Notes: generated by a model not told the origin, from the letters alone. A stretch of 64,000 nucleotides of DNA from Candidatus Cloacimonadales bacterium (GCA_963674825.1 OY771587.1:2144001-2208000), one strand, 5' to 3'. Shown: positions 30,878-40,079, counted from the first letter of the stretch. A program made the numbers and translations.

Positions 30878-31065
30878 CAATATCTTCCTCCGGACGAGTT
30901 TTTGCATATAATAACCCTATATTGCCCTGACAGTGCTAACGACAATATAACTCCATCAGCGAAAACATGTAGTATTTTTCACGATTGATCCATATTTACG
31001 GGAATTGAGATCAAGTTGTCAATAGCTAATGTTCACCTTCGGACAGCGGTCAAACGTTTTCGAAC

Positions 31066-31098
31066 AAAAAGGCAGGCTCCCGATTTTCACCGGGAGCC
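31066..31098 (-). terminator. Intrinsic terminator
   Basis: GGCTCCCG/CGGGAGCC stem, followed on the minus strand by TGCCTTTTT. Confidence 0.65.
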
Positions 31099-31106
31099 GA
31101 GTGTAG

Positions 31107-31197
31107 GGTAGATGCATGTCGTGTGAAAAGTCGTGCTTTCTGGTAGATGCATGTCGTGTGAAAATGTTCTTCGATCAGGTAATTGCATCCTGTGAGG
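31107..31197. repeat. 23-bp direct repeat x2 (35-bp period) plus a degenerate third copy
   Basis: GGTAGATGCATGTCGTGTGAAAA at 31107-31129 and 31142-31164; GGTAATTGCATCCTGTGA from 31178. Confidence 0.85.
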
Positions 31198-31201
31198 AAG
31201 T

Positions 31202-31462
31202 CTATTCTTTCACTTTTCTGAATACAAGCGGGATCTTGTCTTTCTCGGGGATCCCGATCTGTATCAGTTTCCAGTCTTTATCGTATTCTTGGATTTTATG
31301 CCGAAGGGTCATGATCTTGCTGTCAGTTGTGGGCGTATTTTCTTCCCACTGAACAAGTTCAACCCGGTAATGGAGTTTATCGACCTTTCCGTTAATACGG
31401 ACTTCGATCTCCAGATTGTGCTCTCCTTCCATTTTCGGAAGCGTCAATACAACCTCGCGCAT
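31202..31462 (-). CDS. Small hypothetical protein (86 aa)
   Basis: AGGAG RBS before MREVVLTLP; protein-like composition; terminator downstream. Confidence 0.7.
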   Translation of the reverse strand: MREVVLTLPKMEGEHNLEIEVRINGKVDKLHYRVELVQWEENTPTTDSKIMTLRHKIQEYDKDWKLIQIGIPEKDKIPLVFRKVKE

Positions 31463-31485
31463 ATCCATTCTCCTCTTTTTTTCGT

Positions 31486-31513
31486 TTGACAATCAGAGCC
31501 CGTGTCTTATCTT
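31486..31513 (+). promoter_or_regulatory. Sigma70-type promoter of the hyd maturation operon
   Basis: TTGACA (31486-91), 16 bp, TATCTT (31508-13). Confidence 0.55.
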
Positions 31514-31519
31514 AACTCA

Positions 31520-31615
31520 GATCGCACTTCCATTCCTGCGATGAAGGACGGAATCTGACATTAAGGGGATGGCGGCAGGACAACTATGTCATACCTCCAT
31601 CCTATTGGAGGTTAA
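31520..31615 (+). promoter_or_regulatory. Structured 5' leader, candidate translational RNA switch
   Basis: ACCTCCA/TGGAGGT hairpin covers the SD; competing GGATGG/CCATCC pairing; further stems TGACAT/ATGTCA and TCCT/AGGA. Confidence 0.55.
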
Positions 31616-31864
31616 ATGCAAAAACGAAACCACTTGATTTCTATCACTGTTTACGACCGCGAAAAAGCGTTTCATTCCGTAAGTGAACTATTACACAACT
31701 ACGCGAAATACATCCACCTGAGGGTTGGATATCCCATGCCCGACAAGAACTGCGCTGTCATCTTCCTGGTTACCGAAATGACCACCGATGAACTGGGCGC
31801 ACTCACCGGCAGGCTTGGGCAAATCCCTTCCGTCAGTGCAAAATCGACCACCCTCAAGGTGTAG
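31616..31864 (+). CDS. TM1266-family putative regulator of [FeFe]-hydrogenase maturation (ACT-like fold)
   Basis: 82 aa; VSELLHNY, RVGYP, LGALTGRLGQIPSVSAK; first gene of hyd operon. Confidence 0.85.
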   Translation: MQKRNHLISITVYDREKAFHSVSELLHNYAKYIHLRVGYPMPDKNCAVIFLVTEMTTDELGALTGRLGQIPSVSAKSTTLKV

Positions 31865-31900
31865 AAGCATGTTTATATTTGTGATGATAAAGGAGATACA

Positions 31901-33307
31901 ATGAAGATCACACCTCAGCCCGAATCGTTTATCCCTACAGAAACGATCGAATCGTTGCTCGAACAGCATCGCCATCCTGACCGCATTCGCGTCAGAGACA
32001 TCATCCAGAAATCGCTCGATAAAAACCGGCTCGATCCCGACGAGGTCGCCTGCCTCATCGGTGCGGAAGACCCCGACCTGATCCACGAGATCCAGGAAGG
32101 TGCACACGAGCTCAAGGAACGCATCTACGGCAACCGTATCGTCCTCTTTGCACCGCTCTATATCGGCAACGACTGTATCAACGACTGCGTCTATTGCGGT
32201 TTTCGGGTCTCCAACACGGAGGCCGACCGCAACACCCTCACCATGCAGCAGCTTGAAGCCGAGGTTCGTTCACTGGTCACTAAAGGCCACAAGCGCTTGA
32301 TCCTGGTTTATGGCGAACACCCCCGTTACGATGCCCAGTTCATCCATGACACCGTGAAGAAAGTCTATGCCACCAAAGAGGGTAAAGGCGAGATCAGGCG
32401 CGTCAATATCAACGCCGCTCCGTTGGACGTGGAAGGCTACAAGCTCGTCAAGGAAGCCGGGATCGGCACCTACCAGATATTCCAGGAAACTTACCATCTT
32501 CCTACCTATAAAAAGATGCATCCAAGCGGACCCAAAAGCGACTTCCTCTGGCGTCTCTATGGACTCGATCGCGCTATGGAAGGCGGCATCGACGACCTCG
32601 GTATCGGTGCGCTTATGGGACTCTACGACTGGCGTTTCGAGGTTATGGGACTCCTTTATCACACCATCCATCTCGAAGATCGCTTCAATATCGGGCCGCA
32701 TACCATCTCCTTCCCGCGTATCGAACTGGCTAACAACACCGATTTCACCAAAGCACCGCCATACGCCGTGACCGACGACGCCTTCAAGAAGCTTGTCGCC
32801 ATCATCCGGCTGGCAGTTCCGTACACCGGTATGATCCTCACCGCGCGTGAGCCGGTCGAGATCCGCAACGAAGTGCTGCGCTACGGCGTTTCCCAGATCG
32901 ACGCAGGTTCCAGCATCGGCATCGGCGATTATGCCGCCAAGGACGCCGGATCGTTCCGCAAGAGTCAGTTTGCCCTGATGGATAACCGCACGCTGGACGA
33001 AGTGATCGGCGAGCTCGCGCACAGCGGCTATATCCCGTCTTTCTGCACCGCGTGCTACAGGCTTGGCAGGACCGGCGAGCACTTCATGGAATTCGCCATC
33101 CCGGGATTCGTGAAGCGCTATTGCACACCAAACGCTATGCTTACGTTCCTCGAATACATCGAGGACTACGCATCGGGAAGCACCAAGGAAGCAGGTCTGT
33201 CGCTGCTGGACGACGAACTGACCAAGGTTGCCGACGAAGGCACGAAATCTGAGATTCTCAAACGTATGGGACGCGTTCGCGATGGCGAGCGTGACCTCTA
33301 CTTCTAA
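31901..33307 (+). CDS. hydG: [FeFe]-hydrogenase maturase HydG (radical SAM)
   Basis: LFAPLY, CINDCVYC; GPHTISFPR; C-terminal CTAC-x22-C; GERDLYF. Confidence 0.95.
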   Translation: MKITPQPESFIPTETIESLLEQHRHPDRIRVRDIIQKSLDKNRLDPDEVACLIGAEDPDLIHEIQEGAHELKERIYGNRIVLFAPLYIGNDCINDCVYCGFRVSNTEADRNTLTMQQLEAEVRSLVTKGHKRLILVYGEHPRYDAQFIHDTVKKVYATKEGKGEIRRVNINAAPLDVEGYKLVKEAGIGTYQIFQETYHLPTYKKMHPSGPKSDFLWRLYGLDRAMEGGIDDLGIGALMGLYDWRFEVMGLLYHTIHLEDRFNIGPHTISFPRIELANNTDFTKAPPYAVTDDAFKKLVAIIRLAVPYTGMILTAREPVEIRNEVLRYGVSQIDAGSSIGIGDYAAKDAGSFRKSQFALMDNRTLDEVIGELAHSGYIPSFCTACYRLGRTGEHFMEFAIPGFVKRYCTPNAMLTFLEYIEDYASGSTKEAGLSLLDDELTKVADEGTKSEILKRMGRVRDGERDLYF

Positions 33308-33321
33308 TCGAGGAGCGGCTT

Positions 33322-34686
33322 TTGACCAAAGATTATCGTGTTGAACGCGACGCGTTGGGCGAGATGAAGATATCGTCGGACAAGCTCTACGGCGTCCATA
33401 CTGCTCGTGCGCAGGAGAATTTTCCTATCTCGAGTCTGAGAAATCATCCGCTCTTCATCCGGTCAATGGCTGAGGTGAAGATGGCGTGCGCCATCGCCAA
33501 CACCGAGTTGGAATATCTGGATAAGAAAAAAGGTATGGCTATCCAGAACGCCTGCCGTGAAATTGCGGAAGGAAATCATATGGAGCAGTTTACGCTTGAT
33601 GCCCTGCAAGGCGGTGCAGGCACCTCGACCAACATGAATATGAATGAGGTGATCGCGCGGCTTGCGGGAGAGGATGTCCACCCGCTGCACGATGTGAACA
33701 TGCACCAGTCGACAAACGATGTCTATCCCACCGCTGTGATGGTGACGCTGCTGAAGCAATTGCGCGCGCTTGAGACAGATGTGGCGAAGCTGCAGGACAC
33801 CTTTCAGGCGAAGGAACAGCAATTCCACGATATCGTCAAGCTGGGCAGGACACAGCTTCAAGACGCCGTCCCCATGACTCTCGGGCAGGAGTTCAGTGCT
33901 TATGCGGAAGCAATCACGAGAGACAGGTGGAGAATCTTCAAGTGCCGTGAGCGCATCAAGGTGATCAACCTGGGCGGTACCGCGATCGGGACCGGCCTGG
34001 GAGCGCCACGCAACTATATTTTCAAGACGACCGAAGTGCTGCGGCGCATCACCGGGCTGAACATCGCGCGTGGTGAAAACCTCGTCGATGCCACGCAGAA
34101 CCTGGACGCGATTGCAGAGGTTTCAGGTATCATGAAGGCTTATGCAGTGAACCTCTTCAAGATCGCCAGCGATTTACGGCTGCTTGCCAGCGGACCGCAC
34201 GGAGGCCTGGCCGAGATCAAGCTTCCTCCCATGCAGGCGGGAAGCAGCATTATGCCGGGGAAGGTCAATCCGGTGATCCCGGAAGCGGTGTCGCAGGCTG
34301 CGCTCAAGATCATGGCGAACGATTCGCTCGTTACCCACGCGACCAGCCTCGGGCAACTTGAGCTGAACCAGTTTTATCCGCTGATCGCTTATACCATGAT
34401 GGAATCGCTGGAAATCCTGCAAAACACCTCGCGCATCTTCCGCGAACGTTGCGTGGAAGGGATCGAGGCGAATGAATATTCGTGCCGCGAAAACCTGATG
34501 AGAAGTCCGCTTATCGCGACGGTGCTGGTTCCGCGACTGGGCTATCACAAGGTTGAAGCGCTGATAAAAGAAGCTGCGGAGAAGGGCGTATCCGTGCTCG
34601 ATCACATCAGCGAGGCCGAGGCGATACCCATGGACGAACTGAAAGACCTTCTGGCGCCAAAAAATATGTACAAACTGGGCTATTGA
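33322..34686 (+). CDS. aspA: Aspartate ammonia-lyase
   Basis: QGGAGTSTNMN, QSTND, GRTQLQDA, GSSIMPGKVNP signature; TTG start behind GAGG. Confidence 0.9.
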   Translation: MTKDYRVERDALGEMKISSDKLYGVHTARAQENFPISSLRNHPLFIRSMAEVKMACAIANTELEYLDKKKGMAIQNACREIAEGNHMEQFTLDALQGGAGTSTNMNMNEVIARLAGEDVHPLHDVNMHQSTNDVYPTAVMVTLLKQLRALETDVAKLQDTFQAKEQQFHDIVKLGRTQLQDAVPMTLGQEFSAYAEAITRDRWRIFKCRERIKVINLGGTAIGTGLGAPRNYIFKTTEVLRRITGLNIARGENLVDATQNLDAIAEVSGIMKAYAVNLFKIASDLRLLASGPHGGLAEIKLPPMQAGSSIMPGKVNPVIPEAVSQAALKIMANDSLVTHATSLGQLELNQFYPLIAYTMMESLEILQNTSRIFRERCVEGIEANEYSCRENLMRSPLIATVLVPRLGYHKVEALIKEAAEKGVSVLDHISEAEAIPMDELKDLLAPKNMYKLGY

Positions 34687-34720
34687 AGACCAGATCAACA
34701 ATATCCGGAGTAAAATCGAT

Positions 34721-35776
34721 ATGATAGATTTCAAGAATCTGAATCGCGACAACCTGGTGGAGCTTTTAACGACCGAGGATGAAAAGCTGCTCGAGCAGAT
34801 GTTCCAGGAAGCCTATCGGGTCAAGCTCGAGAACGTGGGTAACGTGGTCTATTTCCGCGGAATCATCGAGTTCAGCAACATCTGCACCAAGGACTGCTTC
34901 TATTGCGGTATTCGCAAGAGCAACGGCAAGGTGGAGCGCTATATGATGGGTGAGGACGAGATCCTCGAAATGGCGAAGTGGACCTACGAAGCCAACTACG
35001 GCAGCCTTGTTCTCCAGAGCGGTGAACGCAGCGACGAGCAGTTTGTGACGTTCATCGAGCGCATCCTGAAGAAGGTGAAGCAGAACTGGAACCTGGGCAT
35101 AACGCTTTCGCTCGGCGAGCAAACCGAAGAGACTTTCCAACGCTGGTTTGACGCGGGTGCGCATCGCTATCTGTTGCGCATCGAGACCTCCAACCCTGAG
35201 CTGTACAAGACGCTGCACCCGGCGGATCATATGCACGACATGAGGCTGGAGAGTCTCGCCAGTCTGCGCAGGATTGGCTATCAGGTGGGTACCGGCGTTA
35301 TGATCGGCCTTCCCGGGCAGACAGCCGAAGATCTCGCCAACGATATTCTTTTCTTCAAGGAGAAGGACATCGATATGATCGGCATGGGGCCGTACGTGGT
35401 GCACCACGACACCCCGCTGGCTGAGAAGATGCCCGACTTCAACAAGGAGCGTCAGCTCGATCTGGCCTTACGCATGATCGCCCTGACGCGCATCCACCTC
35501 AAGGATGTGAATATCGCCTCCACGACCGCCCTTCAAGCTCTCGACGCAAAAGGCCGGGAATACGGTCTGCGTGCCGGTGCGAACATTATCATGCCGGTTA
35601 TCACCGATACCAAATACCGTAAGCAATACCTGCTCTACGAAGACAAGCCTTGCGTCGATGAAAACGCCAGTATGTGCCGGTCGTGCCTGGAAGGGCGCAT
35701 CCAGTCGGTTGGCGAGTCGATCAGTTATGGTGAATGGGGCGATTCACCGCATTTCAAGAGGAGGAACAATGGCTAA
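34721..35776 (+). CDS. hydE: [FeFe]-hydrogenase maturase HydE (radical SAM)
   Basis: RGIIEFSNICTKDCFYCG; RYLLRIET; DMIGMGP; YxLYEDKPC-x7-CxxC. Confidence 0.95.
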   Translation: MIDFKNLNRDNLVELLTTEDEKLLEQMFQEAYRVKLENVGNVVYFRGIIEFSNICTKDCFYCGIRKSNGKVERYMMGEDEILEMAKWTYEANYGSLVLQSGERSDEQFVTFIERILKKVKQNWNLGITLSLGEQTEETFQRWFDAGAHRYLLRIETSNPELYKTLHPADHMHDMRLESLASLRRIGYQVGTGVMIGLPGQTAEDLANDILFFKEKDIDMIGMGPYVVHHDTPLAEKMPDFNKERQLDLALRMIALTRIHLKDVNIASTTALQALDAKGREYGLRAGANIIMPVITDTKYRKQYLLYEDKPCVDENASMCRSCLEGRIQSVGESISYGEWGDSPHFKRRNNG

Positions 35777-36968
35777 GGCACCGCGTGGAGAGAGACTCAT
35801 TATCGCGATCGTGGGTCGGCGTAACGCGGGTAAATCCTCGCTGATCAACGCTCTTACCGGACAGGATATCGCCATCGTTTCCGATACCGCAGGAACTACC
35901 ACCGATCCCGTCGCCAAACCATACGAACTTCTTCCGATCGGGCCGGTGACGATCTATGATACCGCTGGCATCGACGACGTGGGCGAACTGGGCGAAAAGC
36001 GCGTCAAATCGACCCGCCGTATCCTCTTCCGCAGCGATATCGCAATCGTTGTCGTCGACCACGAGGGAATCGACAATCGGGTCAAGGCGATTATCGACGA
36101 GATTCAGGAGCTGAAGATTCCGTTCGTGGTGGCATTCAACAAGATCGATCTGGGTGACGTAAAGCCGGAGGACATCGCGTACTGCGAATCGCAAGGGATC
36201 CCATGGAAAGGTGTATCCAGCGTTAACGACGATGGCGTGACCGAACTCAAAGAGATGATGGCTACCATCGTTCCGGGCGAATACCTGGACGAGAAGGTAC
36301 TTATCGGTGATCTCATCCGTGCTGGCGACCTGGTCGTTCTAGTGACGCCCATTGACCTCGCAGCGCCCAAGGGGCGCTTGATTCTGCCGCAAGTGCAGGT
36401 TTTACGTGAAATCCTCGATAACGACGCTATCGGTGTGATCGTGAAGGAACGAGAGCTGGAAGATGCGCTCCGCAAGCTGAATCGGGAGCCCGACCTGGTC
36501 GTGACTGATTCACAGGTGATTCTCAAGGCATCCGGCGATGTTACGCCTGATATCCCGCTGACCACCTTCTCCACCGTCTTCGCGCGCTACAAGGGCGATC
36601 TGGATGTGTTCGTGGATGGCGCGAAGAAGATCGACGACCTCAGGGACGGCGACAAGGTGCTCATCGCGGAAGCGTGCTCGCATCACGTGCAGTCGGACGA
36701 TATAGGCCGGGTGAAGATCCCGCGCTGGCTGCGGCAATACACAGGAAAGGATCTGGATATCGAGGTTGTGGCAGGTCACGATTTTCCCGAGGATCTGGAA
36801 AAATACGCGCTGGTGATCCATTGCGGCGGCTGCATGATGAATCGCATGGAGATGATGCGACGGCTGCGCGAATGCACAAGACGGCACGTCGATGTCACCA
36901 ACTACGGTGTAGCCATCTCGAAGCTGCATGGTGTCCTTGATCGCGTTGTAGAACCGTTTTATTCTTAG
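35769..36968 (+). CDS. hydF: [FeFe]-hydrogenase maturation GTPase HydF
   Basis: GRRNAGKS, GTTTDPV, DTAG, NKID; PKGRLILPQ; EACSHH; HCGGC; start corrected to MAKAPRG. Confidence 0.95.
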   Translation: MAKAPRGERLIIAIVGRRNAGKSSLINALTGQDIAIVSDTAGTTTDPVAKPYELLPIGPVTIYDTAGIDDVGELGEKRVKSTRRILFRSDIAIVVVDHEGIDNRVKAIIDEIQELKIPFVVAFNKIDLGDVKPEDIAYCESQGIPWKGVSSVNDDGVTELKEMMATIVPGEYLDEKVLIGDLIRAGDLVVLVTPIDLAAPKGRLILPQVQVLREILDNDAIGVIVKERELEDALRKLNREPDLVVTDSQVILKASGDVTPDIPLTTFSTVFARYKGDLDVFVDGAKKIDDLRDGDKVLIAEACSHHVQSDDIGRVKIPRWLRQYTGKDLDIEVVAGHDFPEDLEKYALVIHCGGCMMNRMEMMRRLRECTRRHVDVTNYGVAISKLHGVLDRVVEPFYS

Positions 36969-36980
36969 ATTTCCAATGTA

Positions 36981-37010
36981 GGGGCAGGTTGTGGGTCTGC
37001 CCCCGTTTTT
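36981..37010 (+). terminator. Intrinsic terminator of hyd operon
   Basis: GGGGCAG..CTGCCCC stem followed by T-run. Confidence 0.65.
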
Positions 37011-37206
37011 TGCAATGTGTTTCCACGTAGCAGAACAAAGATCATGAAATTTTAACTCACTGAAAATCCTGCATTCTATTCAAAAATCGGAGAAACGAAC
37101 GGTTTCAATTTTTTTTGAAACAACCTTTGACATTTCTGGAGAATTGGGGCATTTTGTGCATAAGAAAGAAGAACTTAAATATTTGCGATCACAACAGGAG
37201 GATACT

Positions 37207-39411
37207 ATGAAAAAGGCCGTGATTTTATTCTTATTCGTCACGTTGATCCAGCTGATCTTTGCAGCTTGGAGCGATGACGCCACTCTCAATAACGCCGTGT
37301 GTACGCTCAATGGAGAACAGGCGATCCCCAAGACCGCGGTCTGTGAGGACGGAACGTTCTATATCGCATGGTTTTCCAACGATAGCGGAAACTACGATGT
37401 CCGCGCGCAATACTACGATTACGACGGAAATGAACAGTGGGACACAGACGGACTATTGATCAGCGATAATGAACAGATGACCTGGCTTACGCAGTGGGAT
37501 ATTTGTTGCGATCCTGCCGGTAACTTGATTCTTTCGTTCCAGGACATTCGTTACAATACCAACCCTGACATTTTTGTTTACAAAATTGCTCCTGATGGCT
37601 CTTTCCTCTGGGGCGATGATGGCATCGCAATCACGAACGACGATGTTTCAAATATGGTAGCTACCTGTACCGCAACAACCGAAAACAACGTTATCGTAGC
37701 CTGGATGACCGAAGACGGTGTCGGTGTTCAGGCGCTTTCTCCCGATGGTGATATCGTCGCAGATCCATATATGGAGCTTGTCGATACCGAAATTACATAC
37801 AGTCATCCGCAGCTTGTTCCTGTTGAAAACGATTGTTTCATCATGAAATACTTCAAGGACTCTGGCCCGACGTGGTCGCCCACACGTCATGTATATGCCA
37901 TGAAATACAACAGCAGCCTCGAAGAACAATGGGATAACGAATGTGTTATCTCGACTCAGGGCGGAATCAGCGCTTGGACACAGCGCTTCTCGATATCGCC
38001 TGACGAAAACGGTGGCTTTGGCATCTGCTGGCACGAAGACCGTGACGGCGACAACATGAGTAATGTCTATGCACAGTGGGTGCTTAGTGATGGCACCACT
38101 GTCTATCCTGACGGCGGCGTTCTCGCTTCCACAAACGAATATACCCAGGGATTTTACTCGTTTGTTGTAGTGGATCCGGTAGAAGAAGTGTTGACTGTGT
38201 TCTGGAACGAGATGGACGGCGACCAAAATAACCGCGGGCTTTCCGGCCAGAAATTCGATCAGGTCGGGCATCGACTTTGGACAGATGCCGGCCAGACGCT
38301 CATCGCAATGGGTGGCGACAATCCATATCCTTTTGGCGCACAGCCGGCTATCACAGATGCCATGACACAGAATTCCATCCTGTTCTATACGATCAATGCC
38401 GGCGCAAACACGGACTATATCATGGCGATGTGTGTCGATGCAGATGGCGAGCAGGTCTGGATGGATGAATCGGTCTATATCTGCGAAACAGCGAACGACG
38501 TGGTGCATCCTGTCGTATCGAATCCCAACAACCAGTATGTCTTCGCAACGTGGGAAGACAGCCGCAACGGTTCAGCCGACATCTACGCGCAGAACATCTC
38601 ATTCGATGGTGAGCTTGGTCCTGTTGAAGCATCGTCTGGTATCTCTGGTGAGGTTACGCTCGATGGCGGTAGTGGCGCGCTTGAGGATGTGGTGATCACC
38701 ATTGGCGAGATCACTTACAACCCAAACCAGGCTGGCTTCTACTTTGCTCAACTCGATGCAGGAACCTACACGATCGATTTTGAGCTGGAAGGGTATGAAT
38801 CAGCTACACTGGAAGATGTTGTGGTAAACGAAGGTGAGGTCACTATTGACCAGAACGTTACGCTTATGTACATAGAACCAAGTGGAGTCTCCGGATCAAT
38901 CTCTCTCGAAGGTGGTCCTGGTGATGTCTCTGAAGTGGCGATTACGATTGGTGACGATGTTTATCATCCGGATGTTGCTGGATACTACTACATCCTGCTC
39001 GATCCGGGAACATATACGATCCATTACTCTCTGGAACTCTTTGAAACCGTAACACTGGAAGATGTGGTTGTGACTGAGGGTGAGATCAACGATGGGATCG
39101 ATGTTACGCTGGAATTTATCCAGGCTGCGAACAACGAAGACATGATCCCGGCAGAACTTGAAGTAGGTGTATATCCGAACCCGTTCAATCCGATGACCAA
39201 TATCAAGTGGTCGATCCCCGAGCCGGGCGATGTTCAGATTGAGGTTTACGATATCAAGGGTAGAAAGGTTGTCACCACGATCCAGCACAATCAGCCTGCG
39301 GGTGAAGGCTCGTATAGCCTCAATGCCGAAGGATTCGGCAGCGGTATCTATTTCATCAGAGTAAATGCACTTGGGAACAGCATCGTGCGTAAGGCTGTTC
39401 TCTTAAAATAA
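37207..39411 (+). CDS. Secreted protein: propeller-like repeats, two carboxypeptidase-regulatory-like domains, CTD
   Basis: Signal peptide; WxDxR..DIYAQ repeats; duplicated SG(I/V)SG..L.GG.G...GTYTI module; VYPNPFNP CTD. Confidence 0.8.
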   Translation: MKKAVILFLFVTLIQLIFAAWSDDATLNNAVCTLNGEQAIPKTAVCEDGTFYIAWFSNDSGNYDVRAQYYDYDGNEQWDTDGLLISDNEQMTWLTQWDICCDPAGNLILSFQDIRYNTNPDIFVYKIAPDGSFLWGDDGIAITNDDVSNMVATCTATTENNVIVAWMTEDGVGVQALSPDGDIVADPYMELVDTEITYSHPQLVPVENDCFIMKYFKDSGPTWSPTRHVYAMKYNSSLEEQWDNECVISTQGGISAWTQRFSISPDENGGFGICWHEDRDGDNMSNVYAQWVLSDGTTVYPDGGVLASTNEYTQGFYSFVVVDPVEEVLTVFWNEMDGDQNNRGLSGQKFDQVGHRLWTDAGQTLIAMGGDNPYPFGAQPAITDAMTQNSILFYTINAGANTDYIMAMCVDADGEQVWMDESVYICETANDVVHPVVSNPNNQYVFATWEDSRNGSADIYAQNISFDGELGPVEASSGISGEVTLDGGSGALEDVVITIGEITYNPNQAGFYFAQLDAGTYTIDFELEGYESATLEDVVVNEGEVTIDQNVTLMYIEPSGVSGSISLEGGPGDVSEVAITIGDDVYHPDVAGYYYILLDPGTYTIHYSLELFETVTLEDVVVTEGEINDGIDVTLEFIQAANNEDMIPAELEVGVYPNPFNPMTNIKWSIPEPGDVQIEVYDIKGRKVVTTIQHNQPAGEGSYSLNAEGFGSGIYFIRVNALGNSIVRKAVLLK

Positions 39412-39432
39412 CCCGACCCTCCTCTAATGATG

Positions 39433-39465
39433 GCCGCCGGTGAATTGATCATCGGCGGTTTTTTT
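39433..39465 (+). terminator. Intrinsic terminator
   Basis: GCCGCCGGTGA/TCATCGGCGGT stem + T7. Confidence 0.7.
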
Positions 39466-39486
39466 AATCTAAATTTCGATGTAGGA

Positions 39487-39513
39487 TTAGCACTCACCAG
39501 GAATGATTGCTAA
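39487..39513. promoter_or_regulatory. CIRCE element (HrcA operator) upstream of hsp20
   Basis: TTAGCACTC-N9-GATTGCTAA, one mismatch to TTAGCACTC-N9-GAGTGCTAA; TTGACA follows at 39521. Confidence 0.9.
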
Positions 39514-39635
39514 TTTGTGTTTGACAACTCACATTTCCCGATTATATTATCCTTTGAAAAATGATCAAGCGTCGCTGTGAAAGCAGAAGACGTAACTTGA
39601 TCGGTCATCGAAAACAGACAATAAGGAGGTTAATC

Positions 39636-40064
39636 ATGAAACTGGTACCCTGGAAAAAGCAGGAAAGCGAAGTTCCGATGATGTCCTTGTTTGACGATTT
39701 CGTTGATCGGTTTTTCGAAATGCCGAAACGAAACCTGAACGCAATGATGTCGATGGATGTTATCGAGAACGAAAACGATTACAAGATTGTAGCTGATCTT
39801 CCCGGAATGAAGAAGGAAGACGTGAAGATTTCCACCGGAAACGGACAACTGGTTATCGAAGCGCATCGGGAAGAAAAGAGCGAGAAGAAGGAGAAGGGCA
39901 ACGTGGTATACTCCGAACGCTATTCGGGAAGCTACTGCCGCACGATTCCCATTCCGGGCGACATCGATCCGTCAATGATCAAAGCAAAGATGAACGATGG
40001 AACGCTTGAGCTGATTATCCCCAAGGGAGAGAGCTCTGTTCGCAAAGAAATCACGATCGAATAA
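39636..40064 (+). CDS. Hsp20/alpha-crystallin small heat-shock protein
   Basis: DVIE, ADLPG, ERYSGSYCRTI, AKMNDGTLEL.IPK, C-terminal ITIE; AAGGAGG RBS. Confidence 0.9.
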   Translation: MKLVPWKKQESEVPMMSLFDDFVDRFFEMPKRNLNAMMSMDVIENENDYKIVADLPGMKKEDVKISTGNGQLVIEAHREEKSEKKEKGNVVYSERYSGSYCRTIPIPGDIDPSMIKAKMNDGTLELIIPKGESSVRKEITIE

Positions 40065-40079
40065 CCTGCAGAAATAACG

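Noticed and set aside
31107..31197. Mini CRISPR array
   Set aside because: Only two exact repeats, 12-bp spacer, no cas genes.
33322..34686. fumC instead of aspA
   Set aside because: GGAGTSTNMN and GRTQLQDA fit aspartase; class II fumarases typically have TGSGT and GRTH.
35571..35768. N-terminal extensions in the ORF track (hydF; also 16953, 37144, 39561, 48927, 57836)
   Set aside because: They overlap upstream genes or promoters; downstream ATGs have clear RBSs and match family N-termini.
31901..35776. thiH / bioB annotation for the radical SAM genes
   Set aside because: C-terminal CxxC-x22-C of HydG, HydE motifs and adjacent hydF/TM1266 identify them as hydrogenase maturases.
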